The notes: generated from the sequence alone by a model not told the origin. Positions 53,759 through 63,182 are shown, numbered from the stretch's first letter. The stretch: DNA of 64,000 nucleotides from Candidatus Omnitrophota bacterium (GCA_003154195.1 PMCS01000030.1:59446-123445); one strand, 5' to 3'. Numbers and translations: made by a program.

Positions 53759-54076
53759 CTATAAGATTCTTCTTTTTATTTCTAAACTTTCGGTACCAAA
53801 ATTCAGCAATAGCCCTACTTTATTTTTAGTAGCTTTCAAATAATTTATCAACTGCGCTTGGTCGTTATTGGTTAAACCGGAGGCGGCCTTTATCTCTACG
53901 ATTACGCAATCTTCAACAAAAAAGTCAGAGCTGTATTTTTTTGGTATAAGTAAGTCTTTATACCATATATCCAATTCTTTCTGCGGTATAAAAGGTATCT
54001 TGCGTAGTTTAAACTCGTAAGATAAAGCTTCCTGGTAAACGTATTCCAGAAAACCGCACCCTAAAATTTTATGCAC
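53759..54076 (-). pseudogene. N-terminally truncated GxxExxY-family gene (second copy; degenerate, possibly inactive)
   Basis: GCGFLEYVYQEALSYEF matches the GxxExxY motif. The upstream in-frame sequence still encodes SDITEKAIGAAIEVH, homologous to the N-terminus of the 37681 protein, but it has no start codon and is closed by a stop. Confidence 0.5.
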
Positions 54077-54249
54077 TTCGATAGCGGCTCCGATAGCCTT
54101 TTCGGTTATATCGCTATACAGCCACTTTTTGCTTTAGATGATTCCGTTGGTTTCATATTATGATATAATAAGACATAATAACATAAACTCCGGTTGCTGT
54201 AATGTTATTTGTTTTTAATTCCATTTTCTCATTTGTTTTCTGAGGTTTT

Positions 54250-55236
54250 ATGTTATACCAAGCCTTCAAAGATACAATCGAAAAATTATCCCTGTTGGAA
54301 AAAAAGGATAAAGTAATCCTCGGCGTTTCCGGCGGGCCGGATTCGCTGGCCCTGCTTTATCTTTTCCACAAATTACGTCAAGAGCGAAAGGTGGAATTAG
54401 TTTGCGCTCATTTTAACCATCAGCTGCGACCGGAGGCGGACAGCGAAGAGAAGTTTGTCGCCGAAACCTGCAAGGAGTTGGATATCCGGTTTATTGCCGA
54501 GAGAAAAGACGTCGCCAAATTTTTTAAAGGCGATTCGATGGAGCAGACGGCGAGGAACCTGCGCTTCGATTTTTTCTTAAAATGCGGCCGCCATTGCAAG
54601 ATAAAAAAAATCGCCCTGGCTCACCATAAGGATGATTTAGTGGAAACTGTGTTGATGCGTTTTATCCGCGGTTCCGGGTTAAAGGGTTTGCAGGGATTTT
54701 TACCTCGTTCCAAATACCGGGGGATGTCGGTTATCCGGCCGTTGATCGAAACGTCCAAGGAAGATATCCTGGACTGGCTCAAAGATAACAAAATAGATTA
54801 TTGTACCGATAAGACCAATTTTGAAGATAAGTTTTTGCGTAATAAAATACGCCTTAAATTGCTGCCGTTTTTAAAAGAGTTGAATCCCGACATCGTAAAC
54901 AATATTTATGAGTTTGCCGGGATGGTCGCCTGGGATTATGATTTTATCGATGCCGCGGCGCGCCGGGCTTTTGCTTCGCTTAAGATGGGCGAAACGCGCC
55001 GCCACGTTAAGCTCGACCTCGCCGGCCTTAAAAGATTAGCGCCGGCTCTTTTTGCCGCGGTTCTGCGTTACGCCATCGAGGAATTAAAGGGAGATACCCG
55101 CCGGATCGAAGCCCGGCATATCGAGGAGCTGCGCGATTTGGTATTTAAACGGCCCGGTGGCAGCATTGTGGATCTGCCGGCCCTGGCGGTTAAAAAAGAA
55201 GAAGCGTTTCTGGTAATTGAATCCTTGATTTTGTAA
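54250..55236 (+). CDS. tilS: tRNA(Ile)-lysidine synthetase
   Basis: The PP-loop VILGVSGGPDSLALLYLF matches SGGxDS. Length and C-terminal region fit TilS. Confidence 0.85.
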   Translation: MLYQAFKDTIEKLSLLEKKDKVILGVSGGPDSLALLYLFHKLRQERKVELVCAHFNHQLRPEADSEEKFVAETCKELDIRFIAERKDVAKFFKGDSMEQTARNLRFDFFLKCGRHCKIKKIALAHHKDDLVETVLMRFIRGSGLKGLQGFLPRSKYRGMSVIRPLIETSKEDILDWLKDNKIDYCTDKTNFEDKFLRNKIRLKLLPFLKELNPDIVNNIYEFAGMVAWDYDFIDAAARRAFASLKMGETRRHVKLDLAGLKRLAPALFAAVLRYAIEELKGDTRRIEARHIEELRDLVFKRPGGSIVDLPALAVKKEEAFLVIESLIL

Positions 55237-55279
55237 ACGTATGCAAGTATAATAAATAATCTGGTACCGCCAAAAATAA

Positions 55280-55455
55280 CATAAAAAAGCTTCAGCCACC
55301 AAGGCACTAAAACACAAAGAAAAAGACCATAGACCGAAGACCAAAGACTTGTTTTTCAAGATTTTCTGAAATAATTTTGACCTTTGATCTTTGGTGTGTT
55401 GTCCTGGGCCCAATTTTTAATCTTAGTGCCTTGGTGTCTTTGTGGCTAAAAAATA
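55280..55455 (+). promoter_or_regulatory. Long imperfect palindrome in the ftsH 5' leader
   Basis: The 5' arm agccaccaaggcactaa...gaccaaagac pairs with the 3' arm gatctttggtg...ttagtgccttggtgtctttgtggct. It ends 15 nt before the ftsH RBS AAGGGAG. Confidence 0.45.
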
Positions 55456-55468
55456 ATAAGGGAGAAAT

Positions 55469-57415
55469 ATGGCGAAAAAAGAACAAAAAAATTCCGATTT
55501 TAATTTTTTACGAACCGGTTTTTTCTGGATTTTAATCCTTCTGGGCCTGGTTTGGGTTTCCAATACACTGCACGCAAGTTATACTGCCAGTGTAAAAAAG
55601 CTGGCCTATAGCGAATTTTATTACTTGCTTACCAACAACCTGGATAATCCCGTGATTGAGTCGGTCAAAAAGACCGATAACCTTCTGGAGGGCGAGTTTG
55701 TCAAGGGCGCTTATCAACCGCCGCCAGAGGGGCTTGCGAATAATAATCAGGATGAGCGGCACACCAAGGTGGTTGTCGATACCGAGCAAAAACCGGCGGC
55801 GCCGCCGACGAAATTTTATCTTTATATCCCCGAAGATGATAAAGAACTTCTCGCTCTTTTGCGTACGAATGTGAAGAAATTCGAAGTGGACGTCCCGAAA
55901 ACATTTTTGGCGAATTTGTTTTATTCGTTGGGGCCGGTAGTTCTTTTTGTGGTGCTTTTGTGGTATATCTCCTATAAAGGCAATCAGATGGGTTCGCGGG
56001 TATGGAGTTTCGGCCGTGCCCGGACGCAAACCATTGAAAAAGAAAAGGCAATCAAGATAACGTTTAAGGATGTTGCCGGCATTGACGAGGCAAAAGAAGA
56101 GTTAAAAGAAGTCATCGAATTTTTAAAAGAACCGAAGCGATTTCAGAAACTGGGTGGAAGAATTCCCAAGGGCGTAATCCTGGTCGGCCCTCCGGGGTGC
56201 GGAAAAACGCTCCTGGCTAAAGCAGTCGCGGGTGAGGCTGAGGTCCCTTTTTTCAGTATCAGCGGCTCCGACTTTGTCGAGATGTTTGTCGGCGTGGGGG
56301 CCAGCCGCGTGCGCGACCTTTTCGACCAGGCCAAGCGCGCTTCCAAAACCAGCGGCAAGGGGTGTATTGTTTTTATCGATGAGATCGACGCGGTCGGCCG
56401 GCAGCGTTTTGCCGGGATCGGCGGCGGCCATGACGAAAGGGAACAGACTTTGAACCAGCTGCTGGTCGAGATGGACGGTTTTCACAGCGACGAGGCGGTG
56501 ATTGTGATAGCGGCGACCAACCGGCCCGACGTGCTGGATCCGGCGTTAATGCGGCCCGGCCGGTTTGACCGCCATATCGTGATTTATCCGCCGGATATCA
56601 AGGGTCGAAAAGAGATTTTAGATGTGCATACCAAAAAACTTAAATTGTCCGCCAACTGTAATATGGAAGGGATTGCCCGGCAGACCCCGGGTTTTTCCGG
56701 AGCGGATTTGGCTAACCTTTGCAATGAAGCCGCGCTTCTGGCGGCCCGGTATAACAAAGAATCGGTCGAGCAGAACGATTTGCTGGTATCAATCGAGCGG
56801 GTGATGATGGGGCCGGAAAAAAAGAGCCGGGTAATGCTCAAGCGGGAAAAAGAATTGACCGCTTATCATGAATCGGGCCACGCTCTTCTGTCGCTGTTTT
56901 TACCGGAAGTCAATTCTATGACCAAGGTCTCGATCATCCCCCGCGGGCTTGCCGGCGGTTATACCTTTACCCCGCCTACAGAAGACCGGCACTATAAATC
57001 TAAAAAAGAACTTTTCGGCGAAATTGTCGTGGCATTGGGCGGGAGGGCTTCAGAGGAGATCGTTTTCGGGGATGTGACTACCGGCGCGATGCGCGACTTG
57101 GAAGAAGTGACCGCTTCCGCCAAACGTATTGTTTGCGATTATGGGATGAGCGAGCGGATCGGCAATCTTACTCTCGGCCGGTCCCGCGGCCCGATCTTTT
57201 TAGGCCGGGACCTTGTGGAAGAGAAAGATTACAGTGAAGATACCGCTAAAATCATCGACCAGGAAGTGAAGCGTATCGTCGATACCTGTTACGAGCGGTC
57301 CCGGAAGATTCTTGCCGATAATCTTGATAAATTAAAGCTGTTGGCCGCCGTACTTTTGGAAAAAGAAGTTTTAGACGTCGCTGAAGTCAGGGCGATCACC
57401 GGGATTAAGGAATAG
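55469..57415 (+). CDS. ftsH: ATP-dependent zinc metalloprotease FtsH
   Basis: Walker A GPPGCGKT, Walker [10 protein letters not shown], the second region of homology, and the zinc motif HESGHAL. Confidence 0.95.
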   Translation: MAKKEQKNSDFNFLRTGFFWILILLGLVWVSNTLHASYTASVKKLAYSEFYYLLTNNLDNPVIESVKKTDNLLEGEFVKGAYQPPPEGLANNNQDERHTKVVVDTEQKPAAPPTKFYLYIPEDDKELLALLRTNVKKFEVDVPKTFLANLFYSLGPVVLFVVLLWYISYKGNQMGSRVWSFGRARTQTIEKEKAIKITFKDVAGIDEAKEELKEVIEFLKEPKRFQKLGGRIPKGVILVGPPGCGKTLLAKAVAGEAEVPFFSISGSDFVEMFVGVGASRVRDLFDQAKRASKTSGKGCIVFIDEIDAVGRQRFAGIGGGHDEREQTLNQLLVEMDGFHSDEAVIVIAATNRPDVLDPALMRPGRFDRHIVIYPPDIKGRKEILDVHTKKLKLSANCNMEGIARQTPGFSGADLANLCNEAALLAARYNKESVEQNDLLVSIERVMMGPEKKSRVMLKREKELTAYHESGHALLSLFLPEVNSMTKVSIIPRGLAGGYTFTPPTEDRHYKSKKELFGEIVVALGGRASEEIVFGDVTTGAMRDLEEVTASAKRIVCDYGMSERIGNLTLGRSRGPIFLGRDLVEEKDYSEDTAKIIDQEVKRIVDTCYERSRKILADNLDKLKLLAAVLLEKEVLDVAEVRAITGIKE

Positions 57416-57504
57416 AAATTTTAAATTTAGCATTTATCAATTAGCATTTTAAAATGAAAGAAGCTGATTCGGGGAGATAGGTTCTTTTCAACGATAATTG
57501 CTAA

Positions 57505-58746
57505 ATGATCAATGTTCAATTTAAAATGGTTCGAATAGTTCCTCTAAAGATCGAGTCCCTGAGGCAAGCCGGGCAGTTGTTGGCCGGGGCCGGCGTAAGC
57601 CCCGCCGGTATCGCGATAATTTCTCCTAAGAGCGTAAACCTCGCTTTTAAAATTTCCGGAATAAAATCCTGGGAAGCCAATATTCTTAAACAATCCCTTC
57701 TTTCGTTGGGTTCCGACGCCGGTATTGAGCGCGCCGCGCTGGTTAAAGACAAAAAAACCGACGTAATTATTCTGGGAAGCCTGAGCCAGTTAAATAAATT
57801 ATGCAAAAGATTAAAGGAGCAGCCTTCCGGGCTGAAGGAGCTTAGCCTTAAGCTTTCGTTATCTTTGCGGGATTTCTTTAAAGAGGAATTTAAGTTTTGC
57901 GCCCGCGGCAAAACGTTGAAGATAAAGAAACCGATAATTTGCGGAATAATCAATGTGACGGACGATTCATTTTCCGGCGATGGCCTGCTTAACCCGATAC
58001 CAGATCGAAGATCACAGACTACAGACTTGGCGTTGAAGAAAGCCGGGGGGATGGTAAAGGCGGGAGCGCGAATCTTGGACGTGGGAGGAGAATCGAGCCG
58101 GCCGGGCGCTTCGCCCATAGATGAAAAAGAAGAAATAAAGAGAGTCGTCCCTGTTTTGAGGATGCTGCGAAAAGAATTTCCCGGTATTTTTATTTCTGTG
58201 GATACATATAAATATAAGGTCGCGCGAGCCGCGGCTGGCGCCGGAGCCGATATTATTAATGATATCACCGCGCTGCGCCATTCGCCGCGCATAATTTCTT
58301 TGCTCAAAAAATATAAAATGGGCTGTGTCCTTATGCACATGAAAGGCAGCCCTCGTAATATGCAGGTTAACCCCGTCTACCGCGACGTGATGGAGAGTAT
58401 CGTCGATTTTTTTAACGAGAGGCTTAACTTTGCTTATGCCGGGGGGTTGGCCCCGGAGCAAATCATCATTGATCCCGGTATCGGGTTTGGTAAGACTTTA
58501 GAACATAACCTTAAAATTATAAAAGAATTATATAAGTTAAAGATTTTCGGATTGCCGATCTTGCTCGGGGCTTCGCGCAAGAGTTTTATCGGCAGAGTCA
58601 TAGGGGCCGGAGAAGATAAGCGTTTGACCGGTACGCTTGCTGCTAATGTTGTTTCCTTAACCCGGGGCGCCGGTATTTTCAGGGTTCATGATGTTAAGGA
58701 AGCCAAAGACGCGCTGGCAGTGGCGTATGAGATCATGGGTTCATAA
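57505..58746 (+). CDS. folP: Dihydropteroate synthase with an ~130-aa N-terminal extension
   Basis: The pterin-binding domain ICGIINVTDDSFSGDG...ILDVGGESSRPGA starts at about residue 145. I do not recognise the N-terminal 130 aa. Confidence 0.85.
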   Translation: MINVQFKMVRIVPLKIESLRQAGQLLAGAGVSPAGIAIISPKSVNLAFKISGIKSWEANILKQSLLSLGSDAGIERAALVKDKKTDVIILGSLSQLNKLCKRLKEQPSGLKELSLKLSLSLRDFFKEEFKFCARGKTLKIKKPIICGIINVTDDSFSGDGLLNPIPDRRSQTTDLALKKAGGMVKAGARILDVGGESSRPGASPIDEKEEIKRVVPVLRMLRKEFPGIFISVDTYKYKVARAAAGAGADIINDITALRHSPRIISLLKKYKMGCVLMHMKGSPRNMQVNPVYRDVMESIVDFFNERLNFAYAGGLAPEQIIIDPGIGFGKTLEHNLKIIKELYKLKIFGLPILLGASRKSFIGRVIGAGEDKRLTGTLAANVVSLTRGAGIFRVHDVKEAKDALAVAYEIMGS

Positions 58747-59513
58747 TGGAATTCACATATAAATTATTAGACTGGAAGGCGATCACGGAAATAATAATCC
58801 TGTGGATTATTCTTTACAGGATTTTTCTTTTTTTGCAGGGCACCAAAGCCGAGTATCTTTTGAGAGGCTTGATTATTCTGGTCGCGGCTTTTTTTATTTT
58901 TCAATGGACGGGTTTTTCCGTGATGAGCTGGTTGTTTACCAGATTTTTTGCCTTTTTTTTAGTATTGGTCGTAGTTATTTTTCAGCCGGAATTACGCGAG
59001 GGGTTGATGCGCCTGGGGCAAAGGCATTTTTTTTATGCCGAACCGAAAAGGGAAGAAATCGAAAATACGCTTAAAGAAATTGTCGCCGCCAGTTTCTCCT
59101 TGACGCAGAAAAAACGCGGCGCGCTCATTGCCATAAAAAGAAAAATAAGTTTGCGCGATTATATCGAAAGCGGCGTTATTTTAAATGCCGATGTCAGCAA
59201 TGAGCTGTTGCAGACAATATTTTTTCCTCTTACGCTGCTTCATGACGGCGGAGTTATTATCGAAGGCACCAGGATCGTCGCCGCGGCATGCCTTTTTCCG
59301 CATACGACCGATCACGCTCTCGAGCGTACCCTGGGGATGCGCCATCGGGCGGCGATAGGGTTATCGGAGAATTCCGACGCGGTGGTCATTGTTGTTTCCG
59401 AAGAAAACGGCACGATGTCGCTGGCGATAAACGGGCAATTAACGCAAAATTTAACCAGCGATGATTTATTGACGATTCTCAGGGGGCAGCTCGGTAAATC
59501 TAATTGGGGATAA
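58746..59513 (+). CDS. cdaA: Diadenylate cyclase (c-di-AMP synthase, CdaA/DacA type)
   Basis: N-terminal TM helices, then the DAC domain: LHDGGVIIEG...RTLGMRHRAAIGLSENSDAVVIVVSEENG. Confidence 0.8.
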   Translation: MEFTYKLLDWKAITEIIILWIILYRIFLFLQGTKAEYLLRGLIILVAAFFIFQWTGFSVMSWLFTRFFAFFLVLVVVIFQPELREGLMRLGQRHFFYAEPKREEIENTLKEIVAASFSLTQKKRGALIAIKRKISLRDYIESGVILNADVSNELLQTIFFPLTLLHDGGVIIEGTRIVAAACLFPHTTDHALERTLGMRHRAAIGLSENSDAVVIVVSEENGTMSLAINGQLTQNLTSDDLLTILRGQLGKSNWG

Positions 59514-59659
59514 GATGAAAATATTTAAAAAAATAAAAATCAAAGAAGCGATTACCGGCCATTTCTGGCTTAAGTTATGGGCGTTACTGGGGGCGGTCGG
59601 CATATGGGTTTATATCAGCAGCGAGATTACCAAGGGCACTAAGATTTGATAATAGGGCT

Positions 59660-60394
59660 ATGGCTAAAACCGTAATCAAACTAGGGGTTAACGTCGACCA
59701 TACGGCGACATTGCGCCGGGCCAGGGGCACGGATTATCCCGACCCGGTAGTCGCGGCGATGATTTGCGAGTATGCGGGGTGTGCTTCGATTGTGGCTCAT
59801 TTACGCGAAGACCGGCGCCACATCCAGGAGCGGGACGCCATCCTTATCCGGGATAATATAAAGATACCCTTTAATCTGGAAATGGCCGCGAATAAAGAAA
59901 TAGCCGCTTTCGCTTTAAAAATGCGGCCGGCTCAGGCGACGTTGGTGCCGGAAAAACGGAAAGAACTTACCACCGAAGGCGGGCTGGATCTCGGCAAATA
60001 TTATAAAAAAATAGAAGGAACGGTAAAAAAACTTCAGGACAAAGGGGTTATCGTGAGTTTATTCGTCGATGCGGATAAGCGTAGCATTGAATCAGCGAAG
60101 AAAATAGGCTGCGACTTGATCGAGATAAATACGGGAAGATTTTCTGAAGCTAAAACAACCAGGGAGATCAATCGGGAGTTATCCCGGATAAAAGAAGCGG
60201 CGCAGTTGGCCAGGTCCTTAGGTTTCGCCGTGGCCGCGGGGCACGGCATTAATTATGCCAATGTCCGGGACATCGTAAAGATGCCCGAGATAGAAGAATT
60301 AAATATCGGCCATGCGATAATATCCCGCGCGGTTTACGTGGGGTTAGTCTGCGCGGTGGAAGAGATGATTGGGCTGATGAATAATAGAAAGTAA
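59660..60394 (+). CDS. pdxJ: Pyridoxine 5'-phosphate synthase
   Basis: LGVNVDHTATLRRARGTDYPDP...AHLREDRRHI is highly characteristic of PdxJ. Confidence 0.9.
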   Translation: MAKTVIKLGVNVDHTATLRRARGTDYPDPVVAAMICEYAGCASIVAHLREDRRHIQERDAILIRDNIKIPFNLEMAANKEIAAFALKMRPAQATLVPEKRKELTTEGGLDLGKYYKKIEGTVKKLQDKGVIVSLFVDADKRSIESAKKIGCDLIEINTGRFSEAKTTREINRELSRIKEAAQLARSLGFAVAAGHGINYANVRDIVKMPEIEELNIGHAIISRAVYVGLVCAVEEMIGLMNNRK

Positions 60395-60408
60395 GGAGAA
60401 AAGCGTTA

Positions 60409-60529
60409 ATCGGTTAAGGCTATGGTTAGGAAGCCGGTTTGGGTTACGGTAATGGTTAGGGGCTAATACGAGTTTACAGCCTTAACCCTGACCATGGCCC
60501 ATACGGGCATCATTACCCTCGCCCTAACC
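60409..60529 (-). repeat. Family-A repeat (copy 4, inverted orientation)
   Basis: cggttaaggctatggttaggaagccggtttgggttacggtaatggttaggggctaatacgagtttacagccttaaccctgaccatggcccatacgggcatcattaccctcgccctaacc. Confidence 0.65.
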
Positions 60530-60561
60530 ATTTTACATTATATCTCTACTCTATATAAGAT

Positions 60562-60915
60562 ATGGTCATAGGCATAGGTATCGATATCGTAAAAATAGAA
60601 AAAATGAGAGAAGCCGTCGATAAATGGCGGGGCGCTTTTTTGTCGCGAATCTTTAATCCGCAGGAATTGAAAAATATTCAAAAGGGTAAGATTTACTACC
60701 AGCGTCTGGCTGCCCGTTTTGCCGCCAAGGAAGCGGTGATCAAGGCGACATCAAAAAAATATTCGCTCAGTTTTAAGGATATTTTTATTTTAAATAAAAA
60801 AAACGGCGCACCTTATTGTGAGTTGAAAAAAAAACTGGATATCGAAATACTGCTTTCGATCTCTCATATCGAGGACTATGCGGTTGCCACGGCGATTGCT
60901 CAAAAGAAATCCTGA
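60562..60915 (+). CDS. acpS: Holo-[acyl-carrier-protein] synthase
   Basis: MVIGIGIDIVKIEKM...RFAAKEAVIKA. Confidence 0.85.
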   Translation: MVIGIGIDIVKIEKMREAVDKWRGAFLSRIFNPQELKNIQKGKIYYQRLAARFAAKEAVIKATSKKYSLSFKDIFILNKKNGAPYCELKKKLDIEILLSISHIEDYAVATAIAQKKS

Positions 60916-61735
60916 TACGCATAAAGGCGATTATGGCCATGTTTTGGTGGTGGGCGGTTCCCCCGGCCTGACAGGAGCGGTTTGCCTGTGCTGCCGGGCA
61001 GCCTTACGGTCCGGTTGCGGCTTGGTTACCGCGGGTGTCGCCGGATCATTGAACACGATTTTTGAAATTAAGCTTACGGAAGCGATGAGCCTGCCATTAA
61101 GCGAGGAAGACGGTTTTCTTTCTATCGGAGCGTTTAAGGCCGTAGATGATTTTTCTAAAAAAGCGGATGTTTTAGCGATTGGCTGCGGCGCCGGCCGTAA
61201 GCCGGCTGCCGGAAAATTGATTTTAAAGGTGATTAAAGAAATCGATAAACCTTTAGTCGTTGATGCCGACGCTCTTTACGCTGTTTCGTTTGATTTAAAT
61301 GCGCTTAAGCGGAGAGCGGGTACCGGAATAGTCTTGACGCCGCACGCGGGAGAATTCTCTCGCCTGGCCAATAAATCGCCCAGCGCGATAGTGAAACAAA
61401 GAAAAAAACTTGCCAAGGAGTTTGCCGCTGAGTATAATTTAGTCCTTGTGTTGAAGGGGCGTCGGACGATTGTAACCGATGGAGCCGGTCTTTATGAAAA
61501 TAATACCGGCAATCCCGGGATGGCTACTGCCGGCTCCGGCGATGTGTTGGCGGGGATGATTGCCGCGTTTATCGCGCAAGGCCTCGATATTTTTGAGGCA
61601 GCAAAATTCGGCGTTTACCTCCACGGCTTGGCCGGCGATTTGGCGGCCAGAGATAAAACGCAAAACTGTTTGATTGCTTCGGATATTATTGAATATTTGC
61701 CGGAAGCCTTTAAAAGAGAAGAAAGTAGAAGGTAG
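60878..61735 (+). CDS. nnrD: ADP-dependent NAD(P)H-hydrate dehydratase (Nnr / YjeF C-terminal domain)
   Basis: HKGDYGHVLVVGGSPGLTGAVCLCCRAALRSGCGLVT...GSGDVLAGMIAAF. Confidence 0.8.
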   Translation: MRLPRRLLKRNPDTHKGDYGHVLVVGGSPGLTGAVCLCCRAALRSGCGLVTAGVAGSLNTIFEIKLTEAMSLPLSEEDGFLSIGAFKAVDDFSKKADVLAIGCGAGRKPAAGKLILKVIKEIDKPLVVDADALYAVSFDLNALKRRAGTGIVLTPHAGEFSRLANKSPSAIVKQRKKLAKEFAAEYNLVLVLKGRRTIVTDGAGLYENNTGNPGMATAGSGDVLAGMIAAFIAQGLDIFEAAKFGVYLHGLAGDLAARDKTQNCLIASDIIEYLPEAFKREESRR

Positions 61736-61935
61736 AAAGTAGAAGGAAAAACAAAATAGTTTTTCGTTGAAGGGTTGCGTAACTGGAAACGGGTTGCGTT
61801 ATGCGGTATTCGTCAAAAAACGATAAACGCATTACGATAGACGATTCGAGCTACGCAACCGTTAACCAATCGGCGTATTTTTTTGGTTGTTGCTTCGCTA
61901 TTCTTGAACTAATCGACGGTTGTCAGTTTTATAGC

Positions 61936-62008
61936 GCCGACGTAGCTCAGTTGGTAGAGCAGTGGTTTTGTAAACCACAGGCCGGGGGTTCGAGTCCCTT
62001 CGTCGGCT
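61936..62008 (+). tRNA. tRNA-Thr (anticodon TGT)
   Basis: Cloverleaf read by hand: acceptor GCCGACG, D arm GCTCAGTTGGTAGAGC, anticodon arm GTGGT-TTTGTAA-ACCAC, T arm with TTCGAGT, 3' CGTCGGC. Confidence 0.85.
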
Positions 62009-62048
62009 TTATGTATAAACCAAAGATAACAAGCGGGATGGGGTTTTA

Positions 62049-62753
62049 ATGAAAAGTAATCTTTTGAACTCCGAACATATTAAGAGTCTTTATTGGGAAA
62101 AAGATTATAATGTTTCTGAAATTGCCCGTAAGGTAGGTATTTCTGCGCGCGCTTTGCACGATTTCATGAATAGGAACAACATACCAAGGCGTTTACCTTC
62201 AGAAGCTGGATATATTGCTAATAAAAATAAACCTCAATTTAGAATCGTAGGTAATCTCGATAATTTTAAACAACAATTAAAAACAGCCGGTCTTATGTTA
62301 TATTGGGCCGAAGGGACATTCAGCGGTAATACTGTTGATTTTGCCAATAGCAATTCTTCCATGATTAAAATATTTCTAAGATTTTTAAGAGAAATTTGTG
62401 GCGTTAAAGAGGAGAGACTGCGAGTTTATCTTTACGCGTATTCATATCAAAATATAGATAATTTAAAGTTATATTGGCATAAGGCAACAGGTATTTCTTT
62501 GAAACAATTTACTAAGCCTTATGTGCGTAGAGGTAATGCTAATTTAAGCAAAAGAAAACTTCTTTATGGGCTCGTTCATATCAGATATAATGATAAACGG
62601 TTATTAAAAATTATTGAAAAGTGGCTCTTTGAATATAGTAATTCGTGGACAGGTACCCAAGTGGTCAACGGGGACAGACTGTGGTTAACGCAGCATTCTG
62701 TTGAAAGGCAGAATGAAAAAGCGGGTGAATTCAGGGAAGCCCTTCTGGGGTAA
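62049..62753 (+). CDS. HTH-containing protein with a degenerate single LAGLIDADG-like motif (putative homing-endonuclease-like). Its 3' end overlaps the tRNA-Tyr 5' exon and the first 70 nt of the intron.
   Basis: N-terminal HTH (VSEIARKVGISARALHDF). TAGLMLYWAEGTFSGNTVDF resembles LAGLIDADG blocks with Glu in place of Asp. The last 35 codons are the translation of the tRNA exon and intron P1-P2. Confidence 0.35.
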   Translation: MKSNLLNSEHIKSLYWEKDYNVSEIARKVGISARALHDFMNRNNIPRRLPSEAGYIANKNKPQFRIVGNLDNFKQQLKTAGLMLYWAEGTFSGNTVDFANSNSSMIKIFLRFLREICGVKEERLRVYLYAYSYQNIDNLKLYWHKATGISLKQFTKPYVRRGNANLSKRKLLYGLVHIRYNDKRLLKIIEKWLFEYSNSWTGTQVVNGDRLWLTQHSVERQNEKAGEFREALLG

Positions 62754-62960
62754 TCCTGAGCCAAGCCCTTGACGTTATCTGCGTTAAGGGAAGGTGCAGA
62801 GACTAGACTGAAAAGTCGTAGGCCTTTCAGCAGGCCGAAGCGCCCGCCGCCTAAGGTTAAAAAAGCTATGGCGATGAGATAGTCCAAGCCTCGAGGTAAC
62901 TTGAGGGCACTTGAAATCTGTTGCGCTTGCGCTTCGAAGGTTCGAATCCTTCCCTGTCCA
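62647..62960 (+). tRNA. tRNA-Tyr (anticodon GTA) split by a 231-nt group I intron in the anticodon loop. Exon 1 is 62647-62682 and exon 2 is 62914-62960.
   Basis: Exon 1 is GGACAGG-TA-CCCAAGTGGTCAACGGG-G-ACAGA-CTGT. Exon 2 is AAA-TCTGT-tgcgcttgcgc-TTCGAAGGTTCGAATCCTTC-CCTGTCC-A. The joined loop is CTGTAAA, as in bacterial tRNA-Tyr. The acceptor stem GGACAGG/CCTGTCC is perfect. The long variable arm and T arm resemble E. coli tyrT. Confidence 0.75.
62683..62913 (+). ncRNA. Group I (IC3-like) self-splicing intron
   Basis: The 5' exon ends in U and the intron ends in G. P1 pairs cugu with gcag and has a U.G wobble at the splice site. The P2 hairpin is cattctg-ttgaaagg-cagaatg. The R-like element gcAGAGACTAGa and the S-like element gatgAGATAGTCC together form P7 (GACUA/UAGUC). 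Confidence 0.7.
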
Positions 62961-63077
62961 CTGTTTTCATAATTCCACTGGTGTGGGGATATTGAGTCAG
63001 GCTATCGTGAGGCAAGGCCTAATACATTTTCGGAACAAACAGCCGCTTCGCGGCGCTTTGACTTCGTCAAAGGTTTG

Positions 63078-63100
63078 TTGCGAATCCTTCCCTGTCCATA
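63078..63100 (+). repeat. Duplicated fragment of the tRNA-Tyr 3' end (CGAATCCTTCCCTGTCCA)
   Basis: 18 of 18 matches to 62943-62960, located 120 bp downstream of the tRNA. Confidence 0.6.
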
Positions 63101-63182
63101 TTTTTGCTTCGCAAAAATATCCGTTTTGATTTCCGCCAAAGGCGGAAATCAAATTAGATAAAATTTGCGAAGCAAATTTTAT

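Noticed and set aside
61899-61935. Sigma-70-like promoter TTGAAC-17-TTTTAT just upstream of tRNA-Thr
   Set aside because: The implied transcription start falls inside the mature tRNA and the -10 is weak. I did not report it as a feature.
61801-62049. 82-aa plus-strand ORF spanning tRNA-Thr
   Set aside because: It reads straight through the tRNA gene and has no RBS. It is spurious.
62780-62960. tmRNA (ssrA) candidate, because of a tRNA-like T arm/acceptor and an in-frame ...AEAPAA-stop reading frame
   Set aside because: There is no GGAUUCGAC-type 5' tRNA-like domain and it is too short. The region is explained much better as a group I intron plus the 3' exon of tRNA-Tyr, whose 5' exon I found at 62647-62682.
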